Assembly: GCA_964016885.1 (NCBI GenBank)
Contig: OZ024742.1
Location: forward strand, 378,262,001-378,326,000
Source of the DNA: Eledone cirrhosa
Taxonomy: Eukaryota
Direction: 5' to 3'
Length of the DNA: 64,000 nt
Positions within the stretch are counted from its first letter, which is position 1, and each line of letters starts with the position of its first letter. This document shows, piece after piece, positions 9,458 to 23,010 of the stretch. A program made the position numbers and the translations under genes. The notes beneath the pieces are model-generated. The model saw nothing but the letters and a program-made list of their open reading frames with translations, did no database searches and was not told where the DNA came from.

Positions 9458-12400
9458 AAGAAGACGCACGAGGTGACGGAGGTCATGAAATCGCTCCCGT
9501 AAGTTTTGAATTTTTAACATATTTAAATCATTTGTGAAATAACAACTCTTAGTACAAATGCTACGTAAAGCACCCGGCTTGAGCCCCAAAAAATTCGGAC
9601 CCAAAATATATTGTTATAAGGCTCAAATATTCAAATATTCAACTTTGTATTGTACACTGTATATCCAAAAAAGAAAATGGCTATAAATGGAAGAAGAACC
9701 CCCCCCCCCTCTCCTCCTCTGTCTACACTATATAGAACAGCCAAACTCACCAACACCAGAAACTAGATACACCACCCACCCCATCACCTGTGTACACTAA
9801 ACCACCACCGCTCACTACGGCCATCATTACAACCATTATCCCATCACCGCCGCCACCACCCCTTCACTCCTTCACTGCTACCACCGCTACAGCACCATCA
9901 CTACAGTAATACGGTCACATCACCGCCACCACTGCCTCGGTATCGACATCACCACCACCACTCTCTCAGTATCGCTACCGCCGCCAGTCTCCCACTTCTT
10001 CCAGCTGGCTGCTACCACCACATTATAGAATCCCTACTACTAAAAAAGAGGAAGGCATCAAAATATATAGATAGACTCAAAAGAAAAAACAAACAACAAA
10101 ACCAAAGCAGCACAGCAACAACAGCAAAAAACGAGAAAAACAAACAGAGAAAAACAAAAACAAAAACAAAAAAAAACCCCCAAAAACGTAAAGAAAATAA
10201 GAATGAAGAGAGAAGCAGGCGGACGGACAGAGAAGAGGGGGGAAAAACTAAAACTTAAAAAACAAAAACTAAGTCAGACATTCGAACACTACATTACAAT
10301 GAAACTTATGCTTATTCATTTTTGGGGCCCTTTCTGCCTGTGTGTTTGTTTGTTTATGTGTGTTCGTATACAGCGTGGTGATAATGCCACACAAGGGCCA
10401 AGTGGAATGGCGGATCCACAGATGGATATGTAACCATACATTCGCCAATCCTCGATAAGAGTATTTAAATATCGAACATAAACAGTTCGAATAACGGTGA
10501 AATGGAGACTAGAACGTCATGTGACAGACTCTCACGCAACAGGTGCCCCCTGGCTCAGCAGCAGGAACCTGACTGTCAACCAAATACTGCTGATATTGGA
10601 GGAAGGAGAAGAAGGAAAGGGGCCAGAACCAACTGGACGAAAGAATTGAATAGAACTGTTATGCAATGTTACCTGAAAAGTAACCCCAAGGAGAGGGGCT
10701 ACAGGAGACGGATGCATAACATCTGGAACGAGATTGGTTTATTTAAATTAGATGAACAAAAATTGGCCGGGCAGGCCCGGGTAATAAGAACTAATGGATG
10801 GATAAGCGAGCTGGAACTGGAGGAAATGAGCAGAGAGAATGGCTTGGAGATGGCGGGTGTAGTATGCCAGACAAGCGAGCCAGTGGGAAATGAAGGTGAA
10901 GAGGTCCTGAGAACGGAGGAACCACCCGAAGCAGACAATGATCTGAATACTGAGATAAATAATACCTGGAACAGAGATACGGCCACTGAGGAGATGAATG
11001 CTGACGGGCTAGGACAAGATTCGGTTGACATCCTAAATTTAGTGGTAGATGAATTGAACAATGATAGTGGGAGACCTATGAACCTAAGATTTGTAGACAG
11101 GAAAAAGTTAAAAGAAACAACAGCTAAGGTAAACAAAGTCATCCCATACCTTGAGGCGAGGAGCCTTCACCAGTGCAACAATATCCTCAAAGCAACAGCA
11201 AATACGGTGAGGAAACTACTTGGTATAAAAGCGAGAGGAAACAACAGACAAGAAAGAGCAGAGCCCTGGTGGAAGAAGCGACTGAGTGGGCAAATCGGGG
11301 AAATGAGAAATGACATAGGAAAGCTTGAGTCACTACTGAATGGGACACTAAAAAACATAGGCACTAAAAATAGACTGGAAATAAAATACAAAACTAGGAG
11401 GAAAAAGCTAAATATTATCATAGAGGAACTGAAGCAACGCATTGTAGCAAAGAGTGCAAAAATCAGGCGATACGAGAACAGAGTCAGTCAGTATAAACAG
11501 AACCGCATGTTCGACAACAACCAGAAGATGCTGTTTGGGCAGCTTGAGGGGAAAGAAAGAGGCAACATCTTGATCCCTGGGGCGGAGCAAACTAAAACAT
11601 TCTGGAGAGGAATATGGGAGCAGGATGTTAGACACAATGCCCAGGCAGGGTGGATTGAGACAGTACAGAGGGAGATCGGTGAGCAGGCACAACAACAAAC
11701 TGATTTGAGTATCACAGTTGAAACTCTTAAGGGGCAGGCCAAAATATTAACCAACTGGAAATCACCAGGCCCAGATGGTGTGCAGGGGTATTGGATTAAA
11801 AATATAACATCCCTCCACCCGAAGCTGACGGCCATGTTCAATGACTGCTTGGTGTCGGGTGAGGTGCCAGAGTGGTTGACAAAAGGTACCACAGCTCTGA
11901 TAATGAAAGACCGAATCAAGGGTAATGATGTTACCAACTGTAGACCTATCACATGTCTGTCCGTAATGTGGAAACTGTTGACGAGCATTGTGTCTGAGGA
12001 AATCTACCATCACCTCCACACAAACAACTTGTTACCGGACGAACAGAAAGGATGCCGAAAGAAGTCACGTGGTACAAAGGACCAGTTACTTATTGATAAG
12101 ATGGTAATGGGGAATTGCAGGAGGAGACACACTGATCTTGCCATGGGATGGATAGACTACAGAAAGGCATTTGACATGGTGCCTCATTCCTGGATCACCA
12201 AAAGCCTGGAGATCTTCAGGGTGGCAGATAACATCAGACAGTTGCTAGGCAGGAGTATGGGGTCCTGGGAGACAGAGTTGACATCAACTGGAGTATCCTT
12301 GGGAAACGTGAAGATCAAGAGAGGTATCTTCCAGGGAGATAGCCTGTCCCCTCTGTTGTTTGTCCTTGCCCTGATGCCCTTGACCATTATGCTGCGAAAA

Positions 12401-13968
12401 GTGAGAGCAGGATACAAGTTGGGAAGGGGAGAGCTTACCATCAATCACCTCCTTTTCATGGACGATCTTAAGCTCTTCGGGAAAAGTGAGAAGGAGTTGG
12501 ATGTGCTTGTTGACACTGTCCGTATTTTCAGCAGTGATATATGTATGCAGTTTGGTATTGGTAAATGTGGAGTCATTGTGATGAAGACGGGTAGGTTGAG
12601 CAGAAGTAACGGGATCCAGATACCAACAGGTGAGATGATAAAGGAAATTGACTCTGAGGAAGGATACAAGTATTTGGGCGTTCTGGAGGCTGATGGCATA
12701 AAGAACAAAAAAATGAAGGAATTGTTAAGAACTGAATACATTCGGAGAGTAAGGAGCGTATTGAAGTCACATCTGAACAGCAGAAATGCCATAAGCGCAG
12801 TAAATTCCCGAGCTGTGTCTATTATTAGGTACAGTGCGGGAATTCTGAGATGGAATGTTGCTGAACAAAAAGAAATGGATAGGAAGACTAGGAAGCTATT
12901 GACTATCTACAACATGTTCCACAAGAGGAGTGATGTCGATAGACGCTATCTAAGGAGATCTGAGGGTGGAAGAGGTCTTATCAGCATAGAGGACTGTGTT
13001 CACATGGAGAAAAACAAACTATACAAATACGTGACCTATAGTAAGGAGCCAATGCTCAGAACTGTACTGAAGGAGGGGACAGTAGGCCAGGGGATGTCCA
13101 AGGAGGAAATAACATCAAGGAGGAAGAGCAGACTTAAGGGAAAATCCCTTCATAGTACCTTCTTTGAGAAAACTGAATTTAGAGATCCACAGACATGGAA
13201 CTGGTTGAGAAGAGGAGACCTCAAAAAGGCTACAGAAGGAATGCTAATGGCTGCGCAGGAGCAGGCCCTCAAAACGAAGTGGTTGAAACACCATATCTAC
13301 AAGGAGGAGGCTAGCCCACTGTGCAGGATCTGTGGAGAGAGAGAGGAGACTGTGGCTCACATTGTGTCCGAGTGTAAACACCTAGCCCAGACCCACTATA
13401 AGGGCTGGAGACACGATGTGATGGGCAGGGTGATCCACTGGCACCTGTGCAAAGTAAACAATTTACCACATTCTGAGAAATAGTATGAGTATAGGCCAGA
13501 GGCGGTGATGGAGAACAATCAGGTGAAGGTGCTGTGGGATTTTAGGATACAGACGGACAAAAAACTGGAACACAATAGACCTGACCTGGTGGTTGTGGAC
13601 AAAGAAAAAAGATCGTGTCTGATTGTGGATGTGGCCTGCCCGTTCGACACGAGAGTGCAAGAGAAGGAGAGGGAGAAAATTAACCGATACCAGGACCTAA
13701 AGTGGGAGGTGAAAAGGATTTGGAACTGCCATGAAGTCAAAGTGATCCCGATTGTCATAGGCGCACTGGGGACTATCTCCAAAAGTTTCCAGGGATGGTT
13801 AAAGAAAATCGGCCCCTTCACGCTTTTTGGAACGCTTCAAAAGGCATGCTTGCTTGGAACAGCAAGAACCCTCCGATACGTCCTGAATATCTGAGGCTGC
13901 AGGTAGTGGCTTGATATTCAATCCAACGGACTTTCCAGTTAACCAACATCAATGACTGAGATTCAAGG
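9458..13968 (+). mobile_element. R4/Dong-clade RLE retrotransposon copy D1 (subfamily a), full length
   Basis: Shared 5' terminus AAGAAGACGCACG; ORF with RT ([26 protein letters not shown]), CCHC, RLE (RPD..IVDVACPFD..EK..Y); (TAA)n tail 13969-14040. Confidence 0.93.
10502..13894 (+). pseudogene. D1 ORF, single nonsense change TGG>TAG at 13481 before the RLE domain
   Basis: 10502-13483 and 13505-13894 are in one frame; compare with intact 32013-35405. Confidence 0.92.
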
Positions 13969-14044
13969 AATAACAACAATAATAATTATAATAATAATAA
14001 TAATAATTATAATAATAATAATTATAATAATAATAATTATTATT

Positions 14045-14768
14045 ATTTCATTTATTAGCCACAAGGGCCGACATGTAGGGGACAATACAAAGACAGGGAC
14101 AGTGGGGGTTTACAATAAGGTCGAGTAAAAGTGCGCAATGGCAAGACTAATTTAACAATGAAAATATAAAATATAAAATAAACTATGCAAAATATAACAA
14201 AATAAATTCCCCGATAGGGGGTGGACGACCCTGGGGTGATTCGGGTACCCCACCAATCCTGAACCACCCTGCGCTTCTAGGGCACCCAGGAGAGCACCCC
14301 TCTCCTCAAGTTAGCTAGCCTATAGGCGCATGGTCAGAGTAGGCCCATTCACACGAGCCATTCTCGCCACATTCACCCACCTTTTAGCAAATGTACTGGG
14401 GGGCAGCACTTCTCTCTCCACCCTCACCCTCCTTTCCAGGTGAAACTTGAAGAAGTTGATGAGGGATTGGCCGAAGAGAAAAGTGTCTGTCTTTAGTCCT
14501 TTCAACCTGGTCCACCATATAATCTCTTTCGCAACTGCCACCAGACAGAGGAAAATGTCCTGCTCTTCCTGACCTAAGGAAGGTGGCGGCTCGATCTTCA
14601 CTATGGACTCGGCCGATAACTGGATTCGTTCCACACGCGACAGTAGCTGTTCGACATAACTCCACAAGTCAGTAATGCACGGACATTGGACAAGTGCGTG
14701 CAGAACGGTTTCGTCGTTCTGTGCGCATCTTGGGCAGGTCCGTCTGACAGCACTTCCGTGCCTGTAGA

Positions 14769-14770
<2 letters not shown>
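14045..14770 (-). mobile_element. 5'-truncated Tx1 element T2 (third subfamily): ORF2 C-terminus + 3' UTR
   Basis: CPRCAQNDETVLHALVQC knuckle, KEIIWWTRLKG; distinct 3' UTR; (AAT)n on both sides. Confidence 0.88.
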
Positions 14771-14820
<50 letters not shown>

Positions 14821-14822
<2 letters not shown>

Positions 14823-17800
14823 GGGAAGAAGACGCACGTGGTGGATAGAAGGTCATGAAATCGCTCCCGTAAGTTTTTGATTTCTAACATATTTAAATCA
14901 ATTGTGAAATAACAATTCTTAGTACAAATGATACATAAAGCACCAGACTCAAGTCTCAGAAAAATTTGGATCCATAATATATTGTTATATCGCTCAAATA
15001 TTCAATTTTGTATTATACATTTTATATTCAAAAAAGAAAATGGTTATAAATGGAAGAAAACGCCCTCTGTCTACACTATATAGAACGGCCAAATAACAGC
15101 GATTTCACCAACACCACAAACTAGATACACCACCTATCCCATCACTCCTCTGTGTACACTAAATATAACAGCCAGATAACGGCAATTTCACCACCACCAC
15201 CACCAATCCCAGCATAATAATTATAATTGCTATTATTATTGTCTCAAGTTTTCACAAAATGTTTAATTCCAATATTAAGAAAATATGTCAACACATATAT
15301 TAAACATACGCGACTAACCGCATAGATTCACCGATCAAACAAACTACAGTCTATTCAACAAAACTCAGTAACGACAACGCCATCACTATAGTCACCGCCG
15401 CCACCACTCCTTCATTGCTACCACCGCTATTCCCCCATTACCTTCTGTTAACTTACGAAAGGGGAAGGTGGCGGTATCACTAGACAATATTAATAAACAA
15501 TATTAATATTAAATTTTGGATCAGGAATGTTGGAGTCGAAAAGGAGGAAAATGGCAAAATGACTAAATAGCTAAATAGCTAAAGATAATTTCACCACCAA
15601 CACCACCACCACTACCACACTAAAAACTCTGGTCAAGTTGCCTCAACCTCTATTTCTACTTCAACTTCAACACCATCACTACAGTACTACGATCACATCA
15701 CCACCATCACTGCCTCATTATCACTATCTCCGCTATTCTCTCCCACTACCTCCTGCTAGGTACTACTAGCACAGGACCACCACCACCACTGGCTCATTAT
15801 CACTACCGCCGCTATTCTCTCCCACTACATCCTGCTACATCGTAGTGTCCCCACTAAAAGAGGAAGGCATCAAAATATATAAATAGACTGAATTGATGAC
15901 ACGTTCAAAATCAAAAAACCAAAATCAAAATCAAAGCAGCACAGCAACAACGAAAAACGTAAAGAAAAGAAAAATGAAGAGAAGAACAAACAGACGGACA
16001 GAGAAGGGAGGGGAAAAACTAAGTCAGACATTCAAACATTACATTACAATGAAACTTATGCTTATTCATTTTTGTTTTTGTTTTTGCCTGTTTGTTTGTT
16101 TGTTTATTTACGTTCGTCTACAGCGTGATAATACCACACAAAAATCACCGGGAGTGACTAAATCACCGGTGGTTATGTAACCATACATTCGCCAATCCTC
16201 GATAAGAGTGTTTAAATGTCGAACCTAAACAGTTGGAATAACGGTGAAGTGGAGACTAGAATGTCATGTGACAGACTCTCACCCAACAGGTGCTCCCTGG
16301 CTCAGCAGCAGGGACCTGGCTGTCAACCAAATACTGCTGGTGTCGGAGGAAGAAGAAGAAGGAAAGGGACCAGAACCAACTGGACGAAAGAATTGAATAG
16401 AACTATTATGCAATGTTACCTGAAGAGTAACCCCAAGGAGAAAGGCTATAGGAAACGGATGCATAACATCTGGAACGAGATTGGTCTATTTAAATTAGAT
16501 GAACAAAAATTGGCCGGGCAGGCTCGGGTAATAAGAGCTAATGGGTGGATAAGCGAGCTGGAACTGGAGGAACTGAGCAGAGAGATTAGCTTGGAGATGG
16601 AGAGTGGAGTATGCCAGGCAAACGAGCCAGTGGGAAATGAAGGTGAAGAGGTCGAGAGAACGGAGGAACCACCCGAAGCAGACAATGATCTGAATGCTGA
16701 GATAAATAATACCTGGAACAGAGATACGGCCATTGAGCAGATGAAAGCTGACGGGCTAGGACAAGATTTGGTTGATATCCGAAACTTAGTGGTAGATGAA
16801 TTGAACAATGATAGTGGGAAACCTATGAACCTAAGATTTGTAGACGGGAAAAAGTTAAAAGAAACAACAGCTAAGGTAAACAAAGTCATCCCATACTTTG
16901 AGGCGAGGAGCCTTCACCAGTGCAACAATATCCTCAAAGCAACAGCAATTACGGTGAGGAAATTACTTGGTATAAAAGCGAGAGGAAATAACAAACAAGA
17001 AAGATCAGAGCCTTGGTGGAAGAAACGACTGAGTGGTCAAATCAGGGAAATGAGAAATGACATTGGAAAGCTTGAGTCCCTACTGAATGGGACACTAAAA
17101 AACATAGACACTAAAAATAGACTGGAAATAAAGTACAAAACTAGGAGGAAAAAGCTAAATATTATCATAGTGGAACTGAAGCAACACATTGTAGCAAAGA
17201 GTGCAAAAATCAGGCGATACGAGAACAGAGTCAGTCAGTATAGACAGAACCGCATGTTTGACAACAACCAGAAGATGCTGTTTGGACAGCTTGAAGGGAA
17301 ACAAAGAGGCAACGACTTGATCCCTGAGGCGGAACAAACTAAAACATTCTGGAGAGGAATATGGGAGCAGGATGTTAAACATAATGACCAGGCAGTGTGG
17401 ATTGAGACAGTACAGAAGGAGATTAGTGAACAGGCACACCAACAAACTGATTTGCGTATCACAGTTGAAACTCTTAAGCGGCGGCCAAAAAACTAACCAT
17501 CTGGAAATCACCAGGCCCAGATGGTGTGCAGGGGTATTGGATTAAACATTTAACATCCCTCCATCCGAAACTGACAAACATGTTCAATGACTGCTTGATG
17601 TCAGGTGAGGTACCAGAGTGGTTGACAAAAGGTACCACAGTTCTGATAATGAAAGACCGAATCAAGGGTAATGATGTTACCAACTATAGACCTATCACAT
17701 GTCTGTCCGTAATGTGGAAACTGTTGACAAGCATTATGTCTGAGGAAATCTACCATCACCTCCACACAAACAACTTGTTACCGGACGAACAGAAAGGATG

Positions 17801-19718
17801 CCGAAAGAAGTCACGTGGTACAAAGGATCAGTTACTTATTGATAAAATGGTAATGAGGAATTGCAAGAGGAGACACAGTGGTCTTGCCATAGGATGGATA
17901 GACTACAAAAAGGCATTTGACATGGTGCCTCATTCTTGGATCACCAAAAGCCTGGAGATCTTCAAGGTGGCAGATAACATCAGACAGTTGTTGGGCAAAA
18001 GTATGAAGTCCTGGGAAACAGAGTTAACATCAACTGGAGAATCCTTGGGAAGCGTAAAGATCAAGGGAGGTATCTTCCAGGGAGATAGTCTGTCCCCTCT
18101 GTTGTTTGTCCTTGCCCTGATGCCATGACCAGGGTACTGCGAAAAGTGAGAGCAGGATACAGGTTGGGAAAGGGGGTGGGTGGGCTTACCATCAATCACC
18201 TCCTCTTCATGGACGATCTTAAGCTCTTCGGGAAGAGTGAGAAGGAGTTGGATGTGCCTGTTGACACTGTCCGTATTTTCAGCAATGATATATGTATGCA
18301 ATTTGGTATTAGTAAGTGTGGATTCCTTGTGATAAAGAGGGGTAAATTGAGCAGAAGTAACGGAATCCAGATACCAACAGGTGAGATGATAAAGGAAATT
18401 GACACTGAAGAAGGATACAAGTATTTGGGTGTTCTAGAGGCTGATGACATCAAGAACAAAAAAATGAAGGAATTGATAAGAACTGAATACATTCGGAGAA
18501 TAAGGAGTGTATTAAAGTCACATCTGAACAGTAGGAATGCCATAAGTGCAGTAAATTCCAGAGCTGTGTCTAGTATTAGGTGCAGTGCGGGAATTCTGAG
18601 ATGGAATGTTGCTGAACAAAAAGAAATGGATAGGAAGACTAGGAAGCTATTGACTATCTACAACATGTTCCACAAGAGGAGTGATGTCGATAGACTCTAC
18701 TTAAGGAGATCTGAAGGTGGAAGAGTTCTTATCAGCATAGAGGACTGTGTTCAGATGGAGAAAAACAACCTACACAAATACGTGACTGATAGTAAGGAGC
18801 CAATGCTCAGAACTGTACTGAAGGAGGGGACAATAGACCGGGGGATGTCCAAGGAGGAAATAACATCAAGGAGAAAGAGCAGCCTTCAGGAAAATTCCCT
18901 TCATAGTACCTTCTTTGAGAAAACTGAATTCAGAGATCCACAGACATGGAACTGGTTGAAAAGAGGAGACCTTAAAAAGGCTACAGAAGGAATGTTAATG
19001 GCTGCGCAAGAGCAGGCCTTCAAAACGAAATGGTTGAACACCACATTTACAAGGAGGAGGCTAGCCCACTGTGCAGGATCTGTGGAGAGAGAGAAGAGAA
19101 TGTGGCTCACATTGTATCCGAGTATAAACACCTAGCCCAGACTCACTATAAGGGCTGGAGACATGATGTGATGGGCAGGGTAATCCACTGGCACCACCTG
19201 TGCAAAGTAAACAATTTACCACATTCTGAGAAGTGGTATGAGCATAAGCCAGAGTCGGTGATAGAAAACGATCAGGTGAAGGTGCTGTGGGATTTTAGGA
19301 TACAGACGGACAAGAAACTGGAACACAATAGACCTGACCTGGTGGTGTTGGACAAGGAAAAAAGATCGTGCCTGATTGTGGATATGGCCTGCCCATTCGA
19401 CACGAGAGTGCAAGAGAATGAGAGGGAGAAAATGAACCGATACCAGGACTTAAAGTGGGAGGTAAAAAGGATTTGGAACTGCCATGAAGTCAAAGTGGTC
19501 CCGATTGTCATAGGCGCACTAGGTACTATCTCAAAAAGTTTGCAGGGATGGTTAAAGAAAATTGGCCCCTTCACGCTTTTTGGAACGCTTCAAAAGGCAT
19601 GCTTGCTGCGAACAGCAAGAACCCTCCGATACGTCCTGAATATCTGAGGCTGCAGGTAGTGGCTTGATATTCATTTCAACAAAATTTCCAGTTAACTAAC
19701 ATCAATGACTGAGACTCA
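14821..19718 (+). mobile_element. R4/Dong copy D2 (subfamily b), full length, longer divergent 5' UTR
   Basis: 5' AAGGGAAGAAGACGCAC; ORF pieces 16216-19647; (AAT)n tail 19719-19772. Confidence 0.93.
16216..19647 (+). pseudogene. D2 ORF, three frameshifts
   Basis: Pieces 16216-17496, 17526-18128, 18125-19135, 19030-19647. Confidence 0.92.
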
Positions 19719-19759
<41 letters not shown>

Positions 19760-20022
19760 TAATAACAATAATGTTTTCTTTATTAACCACAAGGGTTCAC
19801 ATAAAGTAGACATTAAGGACAGTACAGGACAATAGAGGACGGTACAAATGGGCATTTCTGCGTGTAAAAAAACAAAAAAAAACAGAGGGTGTAACAAAAA
19901 ATAACAATGAAAAATTCCCCAATAGGGGGGAGACTTCGGAGGGACATTTGTGGAGAAAGCCCAGTAAAAAGCCTCAATGACCCTGACCACCAAGGCAAGT
20001 GCCCTCTCCCAGTTTTCCACCT

Positions 20023-22961
20023 TTAATTTACAGATATAGTAGGCCCATTCACTCGGGCCATTCTTGCTTCTCTCACCCATCTTTCAACAAAATGCTGGGA
20101 AGAGAGCACTTCCCTCTCTACTTTGATTTTCCTTTTCAAATGAAATTTGAAAAAGTCAATCAGAGCATCACCGAAGAGGTAAGTGCTCGTCTTCAGCCCT
20201 TTCAAACGTGTCCACCATACTATCTCTTTCGCCATGGCCACCAGACAGATAAAAACTGCCTGCCCTTCCCGGCTAAAGGAGGAGGGCGGGGCAATCCTCA
20301 CGATGGACACAGATGATAGCCGGATCCGTCCTAAACGCGACAGCAGGTGTTCGACATAAACCCACAAGTCAGCAATTTTCGGACACTGGACGAGTGCGTG
20401 CAGGACGGTTTCATCGCCCCGCGCGCATCTCGGACATGCCCGACTGACGGCACCTCCATGCCTGTAGAGTTTATCCCGAACTGGCAAGGCTCCTCGGTAG
20501 CACTGCCAGGCCAGAGATTTCTGGAAGTTGTCCATAGGCCCTGGCCCGAAAGTTCTTCCGAAGAGATTGGCTAGTTGATTTTCGTCGACGCCTAGAGTTT
20601 CCCCAAGTACGTCGTCGCTCTTCCCCTCCACTAATCCTCTATAGAACGCCGAGGTGGAGTTTCCACCGATCACATTGCCCGATTGGTCGAGGGCTGTGAG
20701 CGCCTGAAGACATTCCAGTCTCCAGGCGCTCCCTCTCGGTCTTCGCTTGACCCAGGACTGCAGCTCCGTCAAGGAAACGAGCTGAGGAAATACGTGTCTA
20801 GCAAACGGTGACCACACCTGATCACCGTCAAGGAAGAGGTGGAGATATCGTAGCTTGAGCGCGTGCCTGCACATCATCAGCCACGGCATGCCAAGCCCTC
20901 CACGTAGCGGGTGTTGACAACAGATGAACCGCCTGACCATCAAAGCGCGTCCCTTCCACAAAAAGCGAAAGAGCAAACGCTCCAGCGCAGTCAGGCGGGG
21001 CTTAGGACAAGGTACGACGGTGAGGCGGTAGCAGATGACAGACGCGATGTACGCATGACGTTGAACTGTTCCGACAGGTGACCGTTCACTCTCACCACAG
21101 AGCAGATGTCGCTGTGCATGGCAGCGATCCAGCCTCTCAAGACGGGCCCAAAGCCAGCCGCCCTCAGGACTGCCACTAGGTAACGATGGTCGACTCTATC
21201 GAAAGCTTTCGACTGATCTAAATTGATCAAGGACCCACCCGTGCCAGGTTCCCTATCTACCCTCTCTACGATGTATCGCATGAGGTGGAGGTTGTCGTGG
21301 ATGGATCTGTCGGGAATGGCGCATGTCTGCGCCTCTCCCACCTGACCACCAACGACAAGTGCCAACCTCTTTGCTAGCACGTTGGCCAAAATCTTGAACT
21401 CTGTGTTTAGCAGAGTTATGGGCCTGAAATTATCTATGTTATCCCCCTTGTTCGGATCCTTTCTCAGCAGTGCCACCGCTCCTTGGCTCACAGAACTGGG
21501 AATTCTCCCGTTCTGTTGCCAGTTGCAGTAGACGTCCGCCAAGAGGCCTCCGAACAAGTCTGGCATCTGTACGTAAAGTTCATAGGGCAGACCATCCAAA
21601 CCAGGCGATTTACCCCTTGTGCAGCCAGTCATTGCCTCCCTTACTTCAGCGGCTGTTATCGGCTTTTCGCAACACTTCGCCTCAGTGGCCGAGAGCCGCG
21701 GCAGTCCGTCGAGGTAGACACTAAAGTCCATCCCAGAACCGGCCCACCGCTGCCCCCGAACAGCTGAGCGAAGTGTCGCTGAAAAGCTTCACACATTTTC
21801 CCGGGATCGAGTAGCATGCGCCCGTCGTGGTCCACCAAAGACCGGATCGTGGCTTTGTTGCCACGACGCGCCTCCGCCAATCGGGCCCATTGAACGGCTT
21901 TCGTCCCCTCGTGTCTGAGAGCACGCACCCTTGCTCTGACAACGCAGCCTTCGTGCTTTGCATTGAAGAATTGGTCAAGGGCCAATTTGTCCGCAAGCAC
22001 GTCTTTCGCAATGCCTTTGCTAAGCGCCTCGTTTAATTTCCTAACTAGTTCTCCCTCTGCTCTATTTTTCTCTATTGCTAAAGCCTTACTAAACCTAATA
22101 GATTCTATTCTAATCGCTCTTTTCAGAGCAAACCACCACTTGTTGTTGACAATGGCCCCCGTCAATGCCCGCTTAACTAGTTCGCTAATCCGGTCTCTGT
22201 AGGCCTTGCGCGCTGGTAAGGACGCGTTTAGCTTCCAGTAGCCGGGTCCTCGTCTATGAAGCCTATCTAAGTCAAGCACACAGATCACGAATTTGTGGTC
22301 CGTGTAGCTGACTATCTTGAATTGTGGACAGCCTATGCTAGACCTATCTATTTCCCTACAAAATACTCTATCTAGATATGATCTGGATGACCCTATGCGA
22401 TTTGTCCAAGTCCACATTGGCACATTCGGGAAATCCAATCGGTACCTGTCAGACAGTTCAAAACGCCTGAGCAGGTTGGTGAGGCTCTTGCACCCTCCAC
22501 CTCTATCCGCTAATCCCACACAGTCCCAACGTGCATCTAAGATCCCGTTCCAGTCGCCCACTAACACTAAAGAGCGGGACGTTCCAAGAAAGGTCTCCAG
22601 ACGCCGGAAGAAATCAGGCCGCCCTGCTCCTGTCGGGGCATAGACGGCCACTAGCCTGAAAGCTTGCCCGTCTCCGCTGGTCACGTCCAGCACCACCAGC
22701 TTACCCTCTGGGTCCAGGAAGATGGCCCGTATGGCGAGATCCAAACCTCTCCGAAAAAGCACAGCAACTCCTCCCCCCGATCCAGGACGGCTGGGAGATG
22801 CGTACACATCGTAGCCGCCAAAGATCGGTGCGAAGGCCCGTGCTTCGGAGATTCTGGTCTTGCTGATGGCCACTACATCTATGTTTAGTGACGTGAGGTC
22901 GTTGAGCAGGTGACCCTGCTTCCATGACGACCCCAAGCCACGCGCATTTATGCTGCCTATT
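20023..22961 (-). pseudogene. T3 ORF2 (APE-RT-CCHC), frameshift near 21735 and ~430-bp RT deletion
   Basis: Motif colinearity with T1, T4, T6. Confidence 0.9.
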
Positions 22962-23010
22962 CTGAGTTAGGTCATGTTTAAAATGGAGTGGAAAAGATGG
23001 GAATGACCAC

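Noticed and set aside
9474-9482. TGACGGAGG shared by R4/Dong and Tx1-beta 5' ends
   Set aside because: A 9-mer absent from D2 and Tx1-alpha; cannot be separated from chance.
9458-9600. HDV-like ribozyme at the R4/Dong 5' end
   Set aside because: Only a weak ACGGAG/CTCCCGT hairpin found by eye; no nested pseudoknot.
13481-13483. TAG that A-to-I editing could restore to Trp
   Set aside because: Present in one copy only; an ordinary G>A mutation is simpler.
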